Source of the DNA: the human T2T-CHM13v2.0 reference genome, Homo sapiens
Assembly: GCF_009914755.1 (NCBI RefSeq)
Contig: NC_060948.1
DNA: 64,000 bases
Reading direction: 5' to 3' (one strand)
Part shown: positions 19,334-38,680 of the stretch, piece by piece
Layout of the letters: each line of letters opens with the position of its first letter
Numbering within the stretch: position 1 is the stretch's first letter
Notes under the pieces: generated by a model
The model's database searches: none
Seen by the model: the letters and a program-made list of their open reading frames with translations, nothing else
Told to the model about the DNA's origin: nothing
Made by a program: the position numbers and the translations under genes

Positions 19334-21427
19334 AGATCCATATTTTTTAAATGAAAAAAAATTTCAAAGCTACTCCGCTTGGTACAATAATCAAATGTAT
19401 AAACTGAGGAATAAAACATAACCATGAAACCTACTTATAACTGCATATGGAAAATACAGAGGATAATTTTTTAAATAACATATTTTGAAAGACTTAACTA
19501 GTAATTTGAAGAGTTGGCATTTGAAAGGCCAGTATGAATATACCTTCAAAGCAGCAACACAGGTTCCCCATGAGAAAAAGCAAACACAGGGAAAATAAAA
19601 ACACAAAGGTTCAATCTCTTCTGACCTTTGAAAGACACAGCACAGACAGTGGTCCTTAGGACGAAGAGCAGGAGACCCCTAATTCCGTCACCATGGCGAT
19701 AGGGCATAAACATTGCTGGGTGAGGGCACAATCCACATTGTGAGGTCCAACTGCTGCCAGGAAGACAGGAGTGCTTTTACATAGACCGAAAGGTCATTGA
19801 AGGCTCAGAGTTTTGTTTCAAGAACTGAATCCCAAGCCCACACGTTATTAGGCTGCGCTTCTTAAAACAAGTTATGAGATGGGAAAAAGGGCACCCACAA
19901 ACATACGTATACATTATGTATATAATAATATACAGTATCATATATATAATATATATAACCTATGTATAATATTGTTTTACATCCTGCATCTTATATTATA
20001 TATATTGTCTAAAATATAATAATTGATAATATATAAGTTTTATATTTATACAATATGACATATAGTATATATTATAATTTATGACACATATAATATATGT
20101 TATATATCATATATAGAATATATTATACGGTTAATATACGTATTAAATATAAATTATACATTATATATATTATATATAATATATCTGTTATATATAATAC
20201 CCATTATGCATAATATGTATATTATGTCTATGTTATATATAGTATACAACAACATATAATAATACATAATTGTATATATAAAATGCGACATATAATATAT
20301 ATTATATTTTATGACATATGTAATATATATTATATATTATATATAATACGTTGTATGTATAATACCTATATTAAATATATATTATATGACTATGTTATTA
20401 ATTACATGTCACATGTGTTATATATTATATATTATACATAGAATATACCGGTTACATACAATATATACTATGTTACCTAGAATATATAATTGATTACATG
20501 TAAAATAAAGAATGCAATATATTATGTATAATTTATAATATACAATATGTGGAATGTGATATATATAACATAGAATATATGATATATGATATACAGTATA
20601 TGATATATAACATACAATATATGATACCTAGTATATATGGTATACAATATATATTTTATGATATGTATTCTATATGTTTTATATTCTGTTATATATAACT
20701 ATTTGAAATTATATATAACTGTATAATATTTTATGTAAATATGTAATATAATATATATAACTATATAATATATTATATATAACTATATATTATTTTATAT
20801 ACTTTTATATCATAATTTACATAAAATGTCATAATATAATATATATTATATTATTTCATATTACATAATATATATTACATATCACCCAATATAAGTAACA
20901 TACATAATATTATAATATAGATTATATTATGTTATGTTAAATATCATATATATCATGTATCATATATTCTATAATATATATTATACATTATGTAATATGT
21001 ATGTTGTCTATTATGTGATATATATAACTATATATTATTATATTATTATACATATAACTAGATAAACATGTAATTCTACATATTTTCATTTATAATATAT
21101 AGAATTCTATAATCATATATAATTATTTATATTCTATAAAAAATTATATCATTATATAAATTATAATATAAAAAAATTATAATATGTACAACAAATATAT
21201 ATATTATATATCATATATGATATAGTACCTTTGTTATATATCATAATACATATAAATGTGTATTATGTTATCTATAATTATATAATTTCATATATAAGAT
21301 GTATAATATGTATTATATATTGTATATGTTATGTAATATATATAGTATATATAAGCTGACACAGGATAAATATTATATACTATGACATATAAAATATATG
21401 AGGTTATATGTTACATATAAGGCATAG

Positions 21428-21748
<321 letters not shown>

Positions 21749-23876
21749 AGATCCATATTTTTTAAATGAAAAAAAATTTCAAAGGTACTCTGCTTGGTAC
21801 AATAATCAAATGTATAAACTGAGGAATAAAACATAACCATGAAACCTACTTATAACTGCATATGGAAAATACAGAGGATAATTTTTTAAATAACATATTT
21901 TGAAAGCCTTAACTAGTAATTTGAAGAGTTGGCATTTGAAAGGCCAGTATGAATATACCTTCAAAGCAGCAACACAGGTTCCCCATGAGAAACAGCAAAC
22001 TCAGGGAAAATAAAACCACAAAGGTTCAATCTCTTCTGACCTTTGAAAGACACAGCACAGACAGTGGTCCTTAGGACGAAGAGCAGGAGACCCCTAATTC
22101 CGTCACCATGGCGATAGGGCATAAACATTGCTGGGTGAGGGCACAATCCACATTGTGAGGTCCAACTGCTGCCAGGAAGACAGGAGTGCTTTTACATAGA
22201 CCGAAAGGTCATTGAAGGCTCAGAGTTTTGTTTCAAGAACTGAATCCCAAGCCCACACGTTATTAGGCTGCGCTTCTTAAAACAAGTTATGAGATGGGAA
22301 AAAGGGCACCCACAAACATACGTATACATTATGTATATAATAATATACAGTGTCATATATATAATATATATAACCTATGTATAATATTGTTTTACATCCT
22401 GCATCTTATGTTATATATATTGTATAAAATATAATAATTGATAATATAAAAGTTTTATAATTATACAATATGACATATAGTATATATTATAATTTATGAC
22501 ATATATAATATATGTTATATATCATATATAGAATATATTATACGGTTAATATACGTATTAAATATAAATTATACATTATATATATTATATATAATATATC
22601 TGTTATATATAATACCCATTATGCATAATATATATATTATGTCTATGTTATATATAGTAAAAAACAACATATAATAATATATAATTGTATATATAAAATG
22701 CGACATATAATATATATTATATTTTATAACATATGTAATATATATTATATATTATATATAATACGTTGTATGTATAATACCTATATTAAATATATATTAT
22801 ATGACTATGTTATTAATTACATGTCACATGTGTTATATATTATATATTTTACATAGAATATACCGGTTACATACAATATATACTATGTTACCTATAATGT
22901 ATAATTTATTACATGTTAAATAAAGAATGCAATATATTATGTATAATTTATTATATACAATATGTGGAATGTGATATATATAACATATAATATATGATAT
23001 ATGATATACAGTATATGATATATAACATACAATATATGATTCCTAATATATATGATATACAATATATATTTTATGATATGTATTCTATATGTTTTATATT
23101 CTGTTATATATAACTATTTGAAATTATATATAACTGTATAATATTTTATGTAAATATGTAATATAATATATATAACTATATAATATATTATATATAACTA
23201 TATATTATGTTATATATACTTTTATAACATAATTTACATAAAATATCATAATATAATATATATTATATTATTTCATATTACATAATATTTATTACATATC
23301 ACCCAATATAACTAACATACATAATATTATAATATAGATTATATTCTGTTATATTAAATATCATATATATCATGTATCATATATTCTATAATATATATTA
23401 CACATTATATAATATGTATGTTGTCTATTATGTGATATATATAACTATATATATAATTATATTTTTATACATATAACTAGATAAACATGTAATTCTACAT
23501 ATTTTCATTTATAATATGTAGAATTATATAATCATATATAATTATTTATATTCTATAAAAAATTTTATCATTCTATAAATTATAATATATAAAAATTATA
23601 ATATGTACTACAAATATATATATTATATATCATATATGATATAGTACCTTTGTTATATATCATAATACATATAAATGTGTATTATGTTATCTATAATTAT
23701 ATAATTTCATATATAAGATGTATAATATGTATCACATATTGTATATGTTATGTAATATATATAGTATATATAAGATGACACAGGATAAATATTATATACT
23801 ATGACGTATAAAATATATGAGGTTATATGTTACATATAAGGCATAGCACATAACATGTAATATCTATCATATATAA

Positions 23877-24168
23877 TTTTTTTTTAGACAGAATCTTGTC
23901 CTGTTGCACAGGGTGGGGTACAATGGCGCCATCTTTGCTCACTGCAACTTCTGCCTCACGGGTCCAAGCGATTGTCCTCCCTCAGCCTCCCAGGTAGCTG
24001 GGACTACACCACACTGGGACTACACCAGCTGCCACCATGCCTAGCTAATTTTTTGGATTTTTAGTAGTGACAGCGTTTCACTGTATTGGCCAGGATGGTC
24101 TTGATCTCTTCACCTTGTGATCCCCTTGCCTTGGCCTCCAAATTTGCTGGGATTACAGGCCTGAGCCA
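23877..24168 (-). mobile_element. Diverged Alu, copy 10 (type A)
   Basis: gaatct / ggggta / caacttct alleles. Confidence 0.93.
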
Positions 24169-26280
24169 AGATCCATATTTTTTAAATGAAAAAAAATTTC
24201 AAAGGTACTCTGCTTGGTACAATAATCAAATGTATAAACTGAGGAATAAAACATAACCATGAAACCTACTTATAACTGCATATGGAAAATACAGAGGATA
24301 ATTTTCTAAATAACATATTTTGAAAGCCTTAACTAGTAATTTGAAGAGTTGGCATTTGAAAGGCCAGTATGAATATACCTTCAAAGCAGCAACACAGGTT
24401 CCCCTTGAGAAACAGCAAACTCAGGGAAAATAAAACCACAAAGGTTCAATCTCTTCTGACCTTTGAAAGACACAGCACAGACAGTGGTCCTTAGGACGAA
24501 GAGCAGGAGACCCCTAATTCCGTCACCATGGCGATAGGGCATAAACATTGCTGGGTGAGGGCACAATCCACATTGTGAGGTCCAACTGCTGCCAGGAAGA
24601 CAGGAGTGCTTTTACATAGACCGAAAGGTCATTGAAGGCTCAGAGTTTTGTTTCAAGAACTGAATCCCAAGCCCACACGTTATTAGGCTGCGCTTCTTAA
24701 AACAAGTTATGAGATGGGAAAAAGGGCACCCACAAACATACGTATACATTATGTATATAATAATATACAGTATCATATATATAATATATATAACCTATGT
24801 ATAATATTGTTTTACATCATGCATCTTATATTATATATATTGTATAAAATATAATAATTCATAATATATAACGTTTATATTTATACAATATGACATATAG
24901 TATATATTATAATTTATGACATATATAATATATGTTATATATCATATATAGAATATATTATACGGTTAATATACGTATTAAATATAAATTATACATTATA
25001 TATATTATATAAAATATATCTGTTATATATAATACCCTTTATGCATAATATATATATTATGTCTATGTTATATATAGTATAAAACAACATATAATAATAT
25101 ATAATTGTATATATAAAATGCGACATATAATATATATTATATTTTATGACATATGTAATATATATTATATATTATATATAATACATTGTATGTATAATAC
25201 CTATATTAAATATATATTATATGACTATGTTATTAATTACATGTCACATATGTTATATATTACATATTTTACATAGAATATACCGGTTACATGCAATATA
25301 TACTATGTTACCTATAATGTATAATTGATTACATGTAAAATAAAGAATGCAATATATTATGTATAATTTATAATATACAATATGTGGAATGTGATATATA
25401 TAACATATAATATATGATATATGATATACAGTATATGATATATAAAATACAATATATGATACCTAATATATATGGTATACAATATATATTTTATGATATG
25501 TATTCTATATGTTTTATATTCTGTTATATATAACTATTTGAAATTATATATAACTGTATAATATTTTATGCAAATATGTAATATAATATATATAACTATA
25601 TAATATATTATATATAACTATATATTATGTTATATATACTTTTATAACATAATTTACATTAAATATCATAATATAATATATAATATATTATTTCACATTA
25701 CATTATATATATTACATATCACCCAATATAAGTAACATACATAATATTATAATATAGATTATATTATGTTATATTAAATATCATATATATCATGTATCAT
25801 ATATTCTATAATATATATTACACATTATATAATATGTATGTTGTCTATTATGTGATATATATAACTATATATATAATTATATTATTATACATATAACTAG
25901 ATAAACATGTAATTCTACATATTTTCATTTATAATATATAGAATTATATAATCATATATAATTATTTATATTCTATAAAAAATTATATCATTATATAAAT
26001 TATAATATAAAAAAATTATAATATGTACTAAAAATATATATATTATATATCATATATGATATAGTACCTTTGTTATATATCATAATACATATAAATGTGT
26101 ATTATGTTATCTATAATTATATAATTTCATATATAAGATATATAATATGTATTATATATTGTATATGTTATGTAATATATATAGTATATATAAGCTGACA
26201 CAGGATAAATATTATATACTATGACATATAAAATATATGAGGTTATATGTTACATATAAGGCATAGCACATAACATGTAA

Positions 26281-26586
<306 letters not shown>

Positions 26587-28698
26587 AGATCCATATTTTT
26601 TAAATGAAAAAAAATTTCAAAGGTACTCTGCTTGGTACAATAATCAAATGTATAAACTGAGGAATAAAACATAACCATGAAACCTACTTATAACTGCATA
26701 TGGAAAATACAGAGGATAATTTTTTAAATAACATATTTTGAAAGCCTTAACTAGTAATTTGAAGAGTTGGCATTTGTAAGGCCAGTATGAATATACCTTC
26801 AAAGCAGCAACACAGGTTCCCCATGAGAAAAAGCAAACTCTGGGGAAATAAAACCACAAAGGTTCAATCTCTTCTGACCTTTGAAAGACACAGCACAGAC
26901 AGTGGTCCTTAGGACGAAGAGCAGGAGACCCCTAATTCCGTCACCATGGCGATAGGGCATAAACATTGCTGGGTGAGGGCACAATCCACATTGTGAGGTC
27001 CAACTGCTGCCAGGAAGACAGGAGTGCTTTTACATAGACCGAAAGGTCATTGAAGGCTCAGAGTTTTGTTTCAAGAACTGAATCCCAAGCCCACACGTTA
27101 TTAGGCTGCGCTTCTTAAAACAAGTTATGAGATGGGAAAAAGGGCACCCACAAACATACGTATACATTATGTATATAATAATATACAGTATCATATATAA
27201 AATATGTATAACCAATGTATAATATTGTTTTACATCCTGCATCTTATATTATATATATTGTATAAAATATAATAATTGATAATATATAAGTTTTATATTT
27301 ATACAATATGACATATAGTACATATTATAATTTATGACATATATAATATATGTTATATATCATATATAGAATATATTATACGGTTAATATACGTATTAAA
27401 TATAAATTATACATTATATATATTATATAAAATATATCTGTTATATATAATACCCATTATGCATAATATATATATTATGTCTATGTTATATATAGTATAA
27501 AACAACATATAATAATATATAATTGTATATATAAAATGCGACATATAATATATATTATATTTTATGACATATGTAATATGTATTATATATTATATATAAT
27601 ACGTTGTATGTATAATACCTATATTAAATATATATTATATGACTATGTTATTAATTACATGTCACATATGTTATATATTATATATTTTACATAGAATATA
27701 CCGGTTACATGCAATATATACTATGTTACCTATAATGTATAATTGATTACATGTAAAATAAAGAATGCAATATATTATGTATAATTTATAATACACAATA
27801 TGTGGAATGTGATATATATAACATATAATATATGATATATGATATACAGTATATGATATATAACATACAATATATGATTCCTAATATATATGGTATACAA
27901 TATATATTTTATGATATGTATTCTATATGTTTTATATTCTGTTATATATAACTATTTGAAATTATATATAACTGTATAATATTTTATGCAAATATGTAAT
28001 ATAATATATATAACTATATAATATATTATATGTAACAATATATTATGTTATATATACTTTTATAACATAATTTACATTAAATATCATAATATAATATATA
28101 TTATATTATTTCACATTACATAATATATATTACATATCACCCAATATAAGTAACATAGATAATATTATAATATAGATTATATTATGTTATATTAAATATC
28201 ATATATATCATGTATCTTATATTCTATAATATATATTACACATTATATAATATGTATGTTGTCTATTATGTGATATATATAACTATATATATAATTATAT
28301 TATTATACATATAACTAGATAAACATGTAATTCTACATATTTTCATTTATAATATATAGAATTATATAATCATATATAATTATTTATATTCTATAAAAAA
28401 TTATATCATTATATAAATTATAATATAAAAAAATTATAATATGTACTACAAATATATATATTATATATCATATATGATATAGTACCTTTGTTATATATCA
28501 TAATACATATAAATGTGTATTATGTTATCTATAATTATATAATTTCATATATAAGATATATAATATGTATTATATATTGTATATGTTATGTAATATATAT
28601 AGTATATATAAGCTGACACAGGATAAATATTATATACTATGACATATAAAATATATGAGGTTATATGTTACATATAAGGCATAGCACATAACATGTAA

Positions 28699-29005
<307 letters not shown>

Positions 29006-31133
29006 AGATCCATATTTTTTAAATGAAAAAAAATTTCAAAGGTACTCTGCTTGGTACAATAATCAAATGTATAAACTGAGGAATAAAACATAACCATGAA
29101 ACCTACTTATAACTGCATATGGAAAATACAGAGGATAATTTTTTAAATAACATATTTTGAAAGCCTTAACTAGTAATTTGAAGAGTTGGCATTTGAAAGG
29201 CCAGTATGAATATACCTTCAAAGCAGCAACACAGGTTCCCCATGAGAAAAAGCAAACTCAGGGAAAATAAAACCACAAAGGTTCAATCTTTTCTGACCTT
29301 TGAAAGACACAGCACAGACAGTGGTCCTTAGGACGAAGAGCAGGAGACCCCTAATTCCGTCACCATGGCGATAGGGCATAAACATTGCTGGGTGAGGGCA
29401 CAATCCACATTGTGAGGTCCAACTGCTGCCAGGAAGACAGGAGTGCTTTTACATAGACCGAAAGGTCATTGAAGGCTCAGAGTTTTGTTTCAAGAACTGA
29501 ATCCCAAGCCCACACGTTATTAGGCTGCGCTTCTTAAAACAAGTTATGAGATGGGAAAAAGGGCACCCACAAACATACGTATACATTATGTATATAATAA
29601 TATACAGTGTCATATATATAATATATATAACCTATGTATAATATTGTTTTACATCCTGCATCTTATGTTATATATATTGTATAAAATATAATAATTGATA
29701 ATATAAAAGTTTTATAATTATACAATATGACATATAGTATATATTATAATTTATGACATATATAATATATGTTATATATCATATATAGAATATATTATAC
29801 GGTTAATATACGTATTAAATATAAATTATACATTATATATATTATATATAATATATCTGTTATATATAATACCCATTATGCATAATATATATATTATGTC
29901 TATGTTATATATAGTAAAAAACAACATATAATAATATATAATTGTATATATAAAATGCGACATATAATATATATTATATTTTATAACATATGTAATATAT
30001 ATTATATATTATATATAATACGTTGTATGTATAATACCTATATTAAATATATATTATATGACTATGTTATTAATTACATGTCACATGTGTTATATATTAT
30101 ATATTTTACATAGAATATACCGGTTACATACAATATATACTATGTTACCTATAATGTATAATTTATTACATGTTAAATAAAGAATGCAATATATTATGTA
30201 TAATTTATTATATACAATATGTGGAATGTGATATATATAACATATAATATATGATATATGATATACAGTATATGATATATAACATACAATATATGATTCC
30301 TAATATATATGATATACAATATATATTTTATGATATGTATTCTATATGTTTTATATTCTGTTATATATAACTATTTGAAATTATATATAACTGTATAATA
30401 TTTTATGTAAATATGTAATATAATATATATAACTATATAATATATTATATATAACTATATATTATGTTATATATACTTTTATAACATAATTTACATAAAA
30501 TATCATAATATAATATATATTATATTATTTCATATTACATAATATTTATTACATATCACCCAATATAACTAACATACATAATATTATAATATAGATTATA
30601 TTCTGTTATATTAAATATCATATATATCATGTATCATATATTCTATAATATATATTACACATTATATAATATGTATGTTGTCTATTATGTGATATATATA
30701 ACTATATATATAATTATATTTTTATACATATAACTAGATAAACATGTAATTCTACATATTTTCATTTATAATATGTAGAATTATATAATCATATATAATT
30801 ATTTATATTCTATAAAAAATTTTATCATTCTATAAATTATAATATATAAAAATTATAATATGTACTACAAATATATATATTATATATCATATATGATATA
30901 GTACCTTTGTTATATATCATAATACATATAAATGTGTATTATGTTATCTATAATTATATAATTTCATATATAAGATGTATAATATGTATCATATATTGTA
31001 TATGTTATGTAATATATATAGTATATATAAGATGACACAGGATAAATATTATATACTATGACGTATAAAATATATGAGGTTATATGTTACATATAAGGCA
31101 TAGCACATAACATGTAATATCTATCATATATAA

Positions 31134-31425
31134 TTTTTTTTTAGACAGAATCTTGTCCTGTTGCACAGGGTGGGGTACAATGGCGCCATCTTTGCTCACT
31201 GCAACTTCTGCCTCACGGGTCCAAGCGATTGTCCTCCCTCAGCCTCCCAGGTAGCTGGGACTACACCACACTGGGACTACACCAGCTGCCACCATGCCTA
31301 GCTAATTTTTTGGATTTTTAGTAGTGACAGCGTTTCACTGTATTGGCCAGGATGGTCTTGATCTCTTCACCTTGTGATCCCCTTGCCTTGGCCTCCAAAT
31401 TTGCTGGGATTACAGGCCTGAGCCA
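31134..31425 (-). mobile_element. Diverged Alu, copy 13 (type A)
   Basis: Duplicate of copy 10. Confidence 0.93.
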
Positions 31426-33537
31426 AGATCCATATTTTTTAAATGAAAAAAAATTTCAAAGGTACTCTGCTTGGTACAATAATCAAATGTATAAACTGAG
31501 GAATAAAACATAACCATGAAACCTACTTATAACTGCATATGGAAAATACAGAGGATAATTTTCTAAATAACATATTTTGAAAGCCTTAACTAGTAATTTG
31601 AAGAGTTGGCATTTGAAAGGCCAGTATGAATATACCTTCAAAGCAGCAACACAGGTTCCCCTTGAGAAACAGCAAACTCAGGGAAAATAAAACCACAAAG
31701 GTTCAATCTCTTCTGACCTTTGAAAGACACAGCACAGACAGTGGTCCTTAGGACGAAGAGCAGGAGACCCCTAATTCCGTCACCATGGCGATAGGGCATA
31801 AACATTGCTGGGTGAGGGCACAATCCACATTGTGAGGTCCAACTGCTGCCAGGAAGACAGGAGTGCTTTTACATAGACCGAAAGGTCATTGAAGGCTCAG
31901 AGTTTTGTTTCAAGAACTGAATCCCAAGCCCACACGTTATTAGGCTGCGCTTCTTAAAACAAGTTATGAGATGGGAAAAAGGGCACCCACAAACATACGT
32001 ATACATTATGTATATAATAATATACAGTATCATATATATAATATATATAACCTATGTATAATATTGTTTTACATCATGCATCTTATATTATATATATTGT
32101 ATAAAATATAATAATTCATAATATATAACGTTTATATTTATACAATATGACATATAGTATATATTATAATTTATGACATATATAATATATGTTATATATC
32201 ATATATAGAATATATTATACGGTTAATATACGTATTAAATATAAATTATACATTATATATATTATATAAAATATATCTGTTATATATAATACCCTTTATG
32301 CATAATATATATATTATGTCTATGTTATATATAGTATAAAACAACATATAATAATATATAATTGTATATATAAAATGCGACATATAATATATATTATATT
32401 TTATGACATATGTAATATATATTATATATTATATATAATACATTGTATGTATAATACCTATATTAAATATATATTATATGACTATGTTATTAATTACATG
32501 TCACATATGTTATATATTACATATTTTACATAGAATATACCGGTTACATGCAATATATACTATGTTACCTATAATGTATAATTGATTACATGTAAAATAA
32601 AGAATGCAATATATTATGTATAATTTATAATATACAATATGTGGAATGTGATATATATAACATATAATATATGATATATGATATACAGTATATGATATAT
32701 AAAATACAATATATGATACCTAATATATATGGTATACAATATATATTTTATGATATGTATTCTATATGTTTTATATTCTGTTATATATAACTATTTGAAA
32801 TTATATATAACTGTATAATATTTTATGCAAATATGTAATATAATATATATAACTATATAATATATTATATATAACTATATATTATGTTATATATACTTTT
32901 ATAACATAATTTACATTAAATATCATAATATAATATATAATATATTATTTCACATTACATTATATATATTACATATCACCCAATATAAGTAACATACATA
33001 ATATTATAATATAGATTATATTATGTTATATTAAATATCATATATATCATGTATCATATATTCTATAATATATATTACACATTATATAATATGTATGTTG
33101 TCTATTATGTGATATATATAACTATATATATAATTATATTATTATACATATAACTAGATAAACATGTAATTCTACATATTTTCATTTATAATATATAGAA
33201 TTATATAATCATATATAATTATTTATATTCTATAAAAAATTATATCATTATATAAATTATAATATAAAAAAATTATAATATGTACTAAAAATATATATAT
33301 TATATATCATATATGATATAGTACCTTTGTTATATATCATAATACATATAAATGTGTATTATGTTATCTATAATTATATAATTTCATATATAAGATATAT
33401 AATATGTATTATATATTGTATATGTTATGTAATATATATAGTATATATAAGCTGACACAGGATAAATATTATATACTATGACATATAAAATATATGAGGT
33501 TATATGTTACATATAAGGCATAGCACATAACATGTAA

Positions 33538-33843
<306 letters not shown>

Positions 33844-35955
33844 AGATCCATATTTTTTAAATGAAAAAAAATTTCAAAGGTACTCTGCTTGGTACAATAA
33901 TCAAATGTATAAACTGAGGAATAAAACATAACCATGAAACCTACTTATAACTGCATATGGAAAATACAGAGGATAATTTTTTAAATAACATATTTTGAAA
34001 GCCTTAACTAGTAATTTGAAGAGTTGGCATTTGTAAGGCCAGTATGAATATACCTTCAAAGCAGCAACACAGGTTCCCCATGAGAAAAAGCAAACTCTGG
34101 GGAAATAAAACCACAAAGGTTCAATCTCTTCTGACCTTTGAAAGACACAGCACAGACAGTGGTCCTTAGGACGAAGAGCAGGAGACCCCTAATTCCGTCA
34201 CCATGGCGATAGGGCATAAACATTGCTGGGTGAGGGCACAATCCACATTGTGAGGTCCAACTGCTGCCAGGAAGACAGGAGTGCTTTTACATAGACCGAA
34301 AGGTCATTGAAGGCTCAGAGTTTTGTTTCAAGAACTGAATCCCAAGCCCACACGTAATTAGGCTGCGCTTCTTAAAACAAGTTATGAGATGGGAAAAAGG
34401 GCACCCACAAACATACGTATACATTATGTATATAATAATATACAGTATCATATATAAAATATGTATAACCAATGTATAATATTGTTTTACATCCTGCATC
34501 TTATATTATATATATTGTATAAAATATAATAATTGATAATATATAAGTTTTATATTTATACAATATGACATATAGTACATATTATAATTTATGACATATA
34601 TAATATATGTTATATATCATATATAGAATATATTATACGGTTAATATACGTATTAAATATAAATTATACATTATATATATTATATAAAATATATCTGTTA
34701 TATATAATACCCATTATGCATAATATATATATTATGTCTATGTTATATATAGTATAAAACAACATATAATAATATATAATTGTATATATAAAATGCGACA
34801 TATAATATATATTATATTTTATGACATATGTAATATGTATTATATATTATATATAATACGTTGTATGTATAATACCTATATTAAATATATATTATATGAC
34901 TATGTTATTAATTACATGTCACATATGTTATATATTATATATTTTACATAGAATATACCGGTTACATGCAATATATACTATGTTACCTATAATGTATAAT
35001 TGATTACATGTAAAATAAAGAATGCAATATATTATGTATAATTTATAATACACAATATGTGGAATGTGATATATATAACATATAATATATGATATATGAT
35101 ATACAGTATATGATATATAACATACAATATATGATTCCTAATATATATGGTATACAATATATATTTTATGATATGTATTCTATATGTTTTATATTCTGTT
35201 ATATATAACTATTTGAAATTATATATAACTGTATAATATTTTATGCAAATATGTAATATAATATATATAACTATATAATATATTATATGTAACAATATAT
35301 TATGTTATATATACTTTTATAACATAATTTACATTAAATATCATAATATAATATATATTATATTATTTCACATTACATAATATATATTACATATCACCCA
35401 ATATAAGTAACATAGATAATATTATAATATAGATTATATTATGTTATATTAAATATCATATATATCATGTATCTTATATTCTATAATATATATTACACAT
35501 TATATAATATGTATGTTGTCTATTATGTGATATATATAACTATATATATAATTATATTATTATACATATAACTAGATAAACATGTAATTCTACATATTTT
35601 CATTTATAATATATAGAATTATATAATCATATATAATTATTTATATTCTATAAAAAATTATATCATTATATAAATTATAATATAAAAAAATTATAATATG
35701 TACTACAAATATATATATTATATATCATATATGATATAGTACCTTTGTTATATATCATAATACATATAAATGTGTATTATGTTATCTATAATTATATAAT
35801 TTCATATATAAGATATATAATATGTATTATATATTGTATATGTTATGTAATATATATAGTATATATAAGCTGACACAGGATAAATATTATATACTATGAC
35901 ATATAAAATATATGAGGTTATATGTTACATATAAGGCATAGCACATAACATGTAA

Positions 35956-36262
<307 letters not shown>

Positions 36263-38365
36263 AGATCCATATTTTTTAAATGAAAAAAAATTTCAAAGGT
36301 ACTCTGCTTGGTACAATAATCAAATGTATAAACTGAGGAATAAAACATAACCATGAAACCTACTTATAACTGCATATGGAAAATACAGAGGATAATTTTT
36401 TAAATAACATATTTTGAAAGCCTTAACTAGTAATTTGAAGAGTTGGCATTTGAAAGGCCAGTATGAATATACCTTCAAAGCAGCAACACAGGTTCCCCAT
36501 GAGAAAAAGCAAACTCAGGGAAAATAAAACCACAAAGGTTCAATCTCTTCTGACCTTTGAAAGACACAGCACAGACAGTGGTCCTTAGGACGAAGAGCAG
36601 GAGACCCCTAATTCCGTCACCATGGCGATAGGGCATAAACATTGCTGGGTGAGGGCACAATCCACATTGTGAGGTCCAACTGCTGCCAGGAAGACAGGAG
36701 TGCTTTTACATAGACCGAAAGGTCATTGAAGGCTCAGAGTTTTGTTTCAAGAACTGAATCCCAAGCCCACACGTTATTAGGCTGCGCTTCTTAAAACAAG
36801 TTATGAGATGGGAAAAAGGGCACCCACAAACATACGTATACATTATGTATATAATAATATACAGTATCATATATAAAATATGTATAACCAATGTATAATA
36901 TTGTTTTACATCCTGCATCTTATATTATATATATTGTATAAAATATAATAATTGATAATATATAAGTTTTATATTTATACAATATGACATATAGTATATA
37001 TTATACTTTATGACATATATAATATATGTTATATATCATATATAGAATATATTATACGGTTAATATACGTATTAAATATAAATTATACATTATATATATT
37101 ATATAAAATATATCTGTTATATATAATACCCATTATGCATAATATATATATTATGTCTATGTTATATATAGTATAAAACAACATATAATAATATATAATT
37201 GTATATATAAAATGCGACATATAATATATATTATATTTTATGACATATGTAATATATATTATATATTATATATAATACGTTGTATGTATAATACCTATAT
37301 TAAATATATATTATATGACTATGTTATTAATTACATGTCACATATGTTATATATTATATATTTTACATAGAATATACCGGTTACTTACAATATATACTAT
37401 GTTACCTATAATGTATAATATATTACATGTAAAATAAAGAATGCAATATATTATGTGTAATTTATAATATACAATATGTGGAATGTGATATATATAACAT
37501 ATAATATATGATATATGATATACAGTATATGATATATAACATACAATATATGATACATAATATATATGGTATACAATATATATTTTATGATATGTATTCT
37601 ATATGTTTTATATTCTGTTATATATAACTATTTGAAATTATATATAACTGTATAATATTTTATGTAAATATGTAATATAATATATAACTATGTAATATAT
37701 TATATATAGCTATATATTATGTTATATATACTTTTATAACATAATTTTCATAAAATATCATAATATAATATATATTATATTATTTCATATTACATAATAT
37801 ATATTACATATCACCCAATATAAGTAACATACATAATATTATAATATAGATTATATTATGTTATATTAAATATCATATATATCATGTATCATATATTCTA
37901 TAATATATATTATACATTATATAATATGTATGTTGTCTATTATGTGATATATATAACTATATATATAATTATATTATTATACATATAACTAGATAAACAT
38001 GTAATTCTACATATTTTCATTTATAATATATAGAATTATATAATCATATATAATTATTTATATTCTATAAAAAATTATATCATTATATAAATTATAATAT
38101 ATAAAAATTATAATATGTACTACAAATATATATATTGTATATCATATATGATATAGTACCTTTGTTATATATGATAATACATATAAATGTGTATTATGTT
38201 ATCTATAATTATATAATTTCATATATAAGATGTATAATATTTATTATATATTATATATGTTATGTAATATATATAGTATATATAAGATGACACAGGATAA
38301 ATATTATATACTATGACATATAAAATATATGAGGTTATATGTTACATATAAGGCATAGCACATAA

Positions 38366-38680
<315 letters not shown>

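Noticed and set aside
27030-27242. 70-aa (MQDVKQ...) and 71-aa (MWFYFP...) ORFs in some units
   Set aside because: Present only where a point change removes a stop codon; no coding signal.
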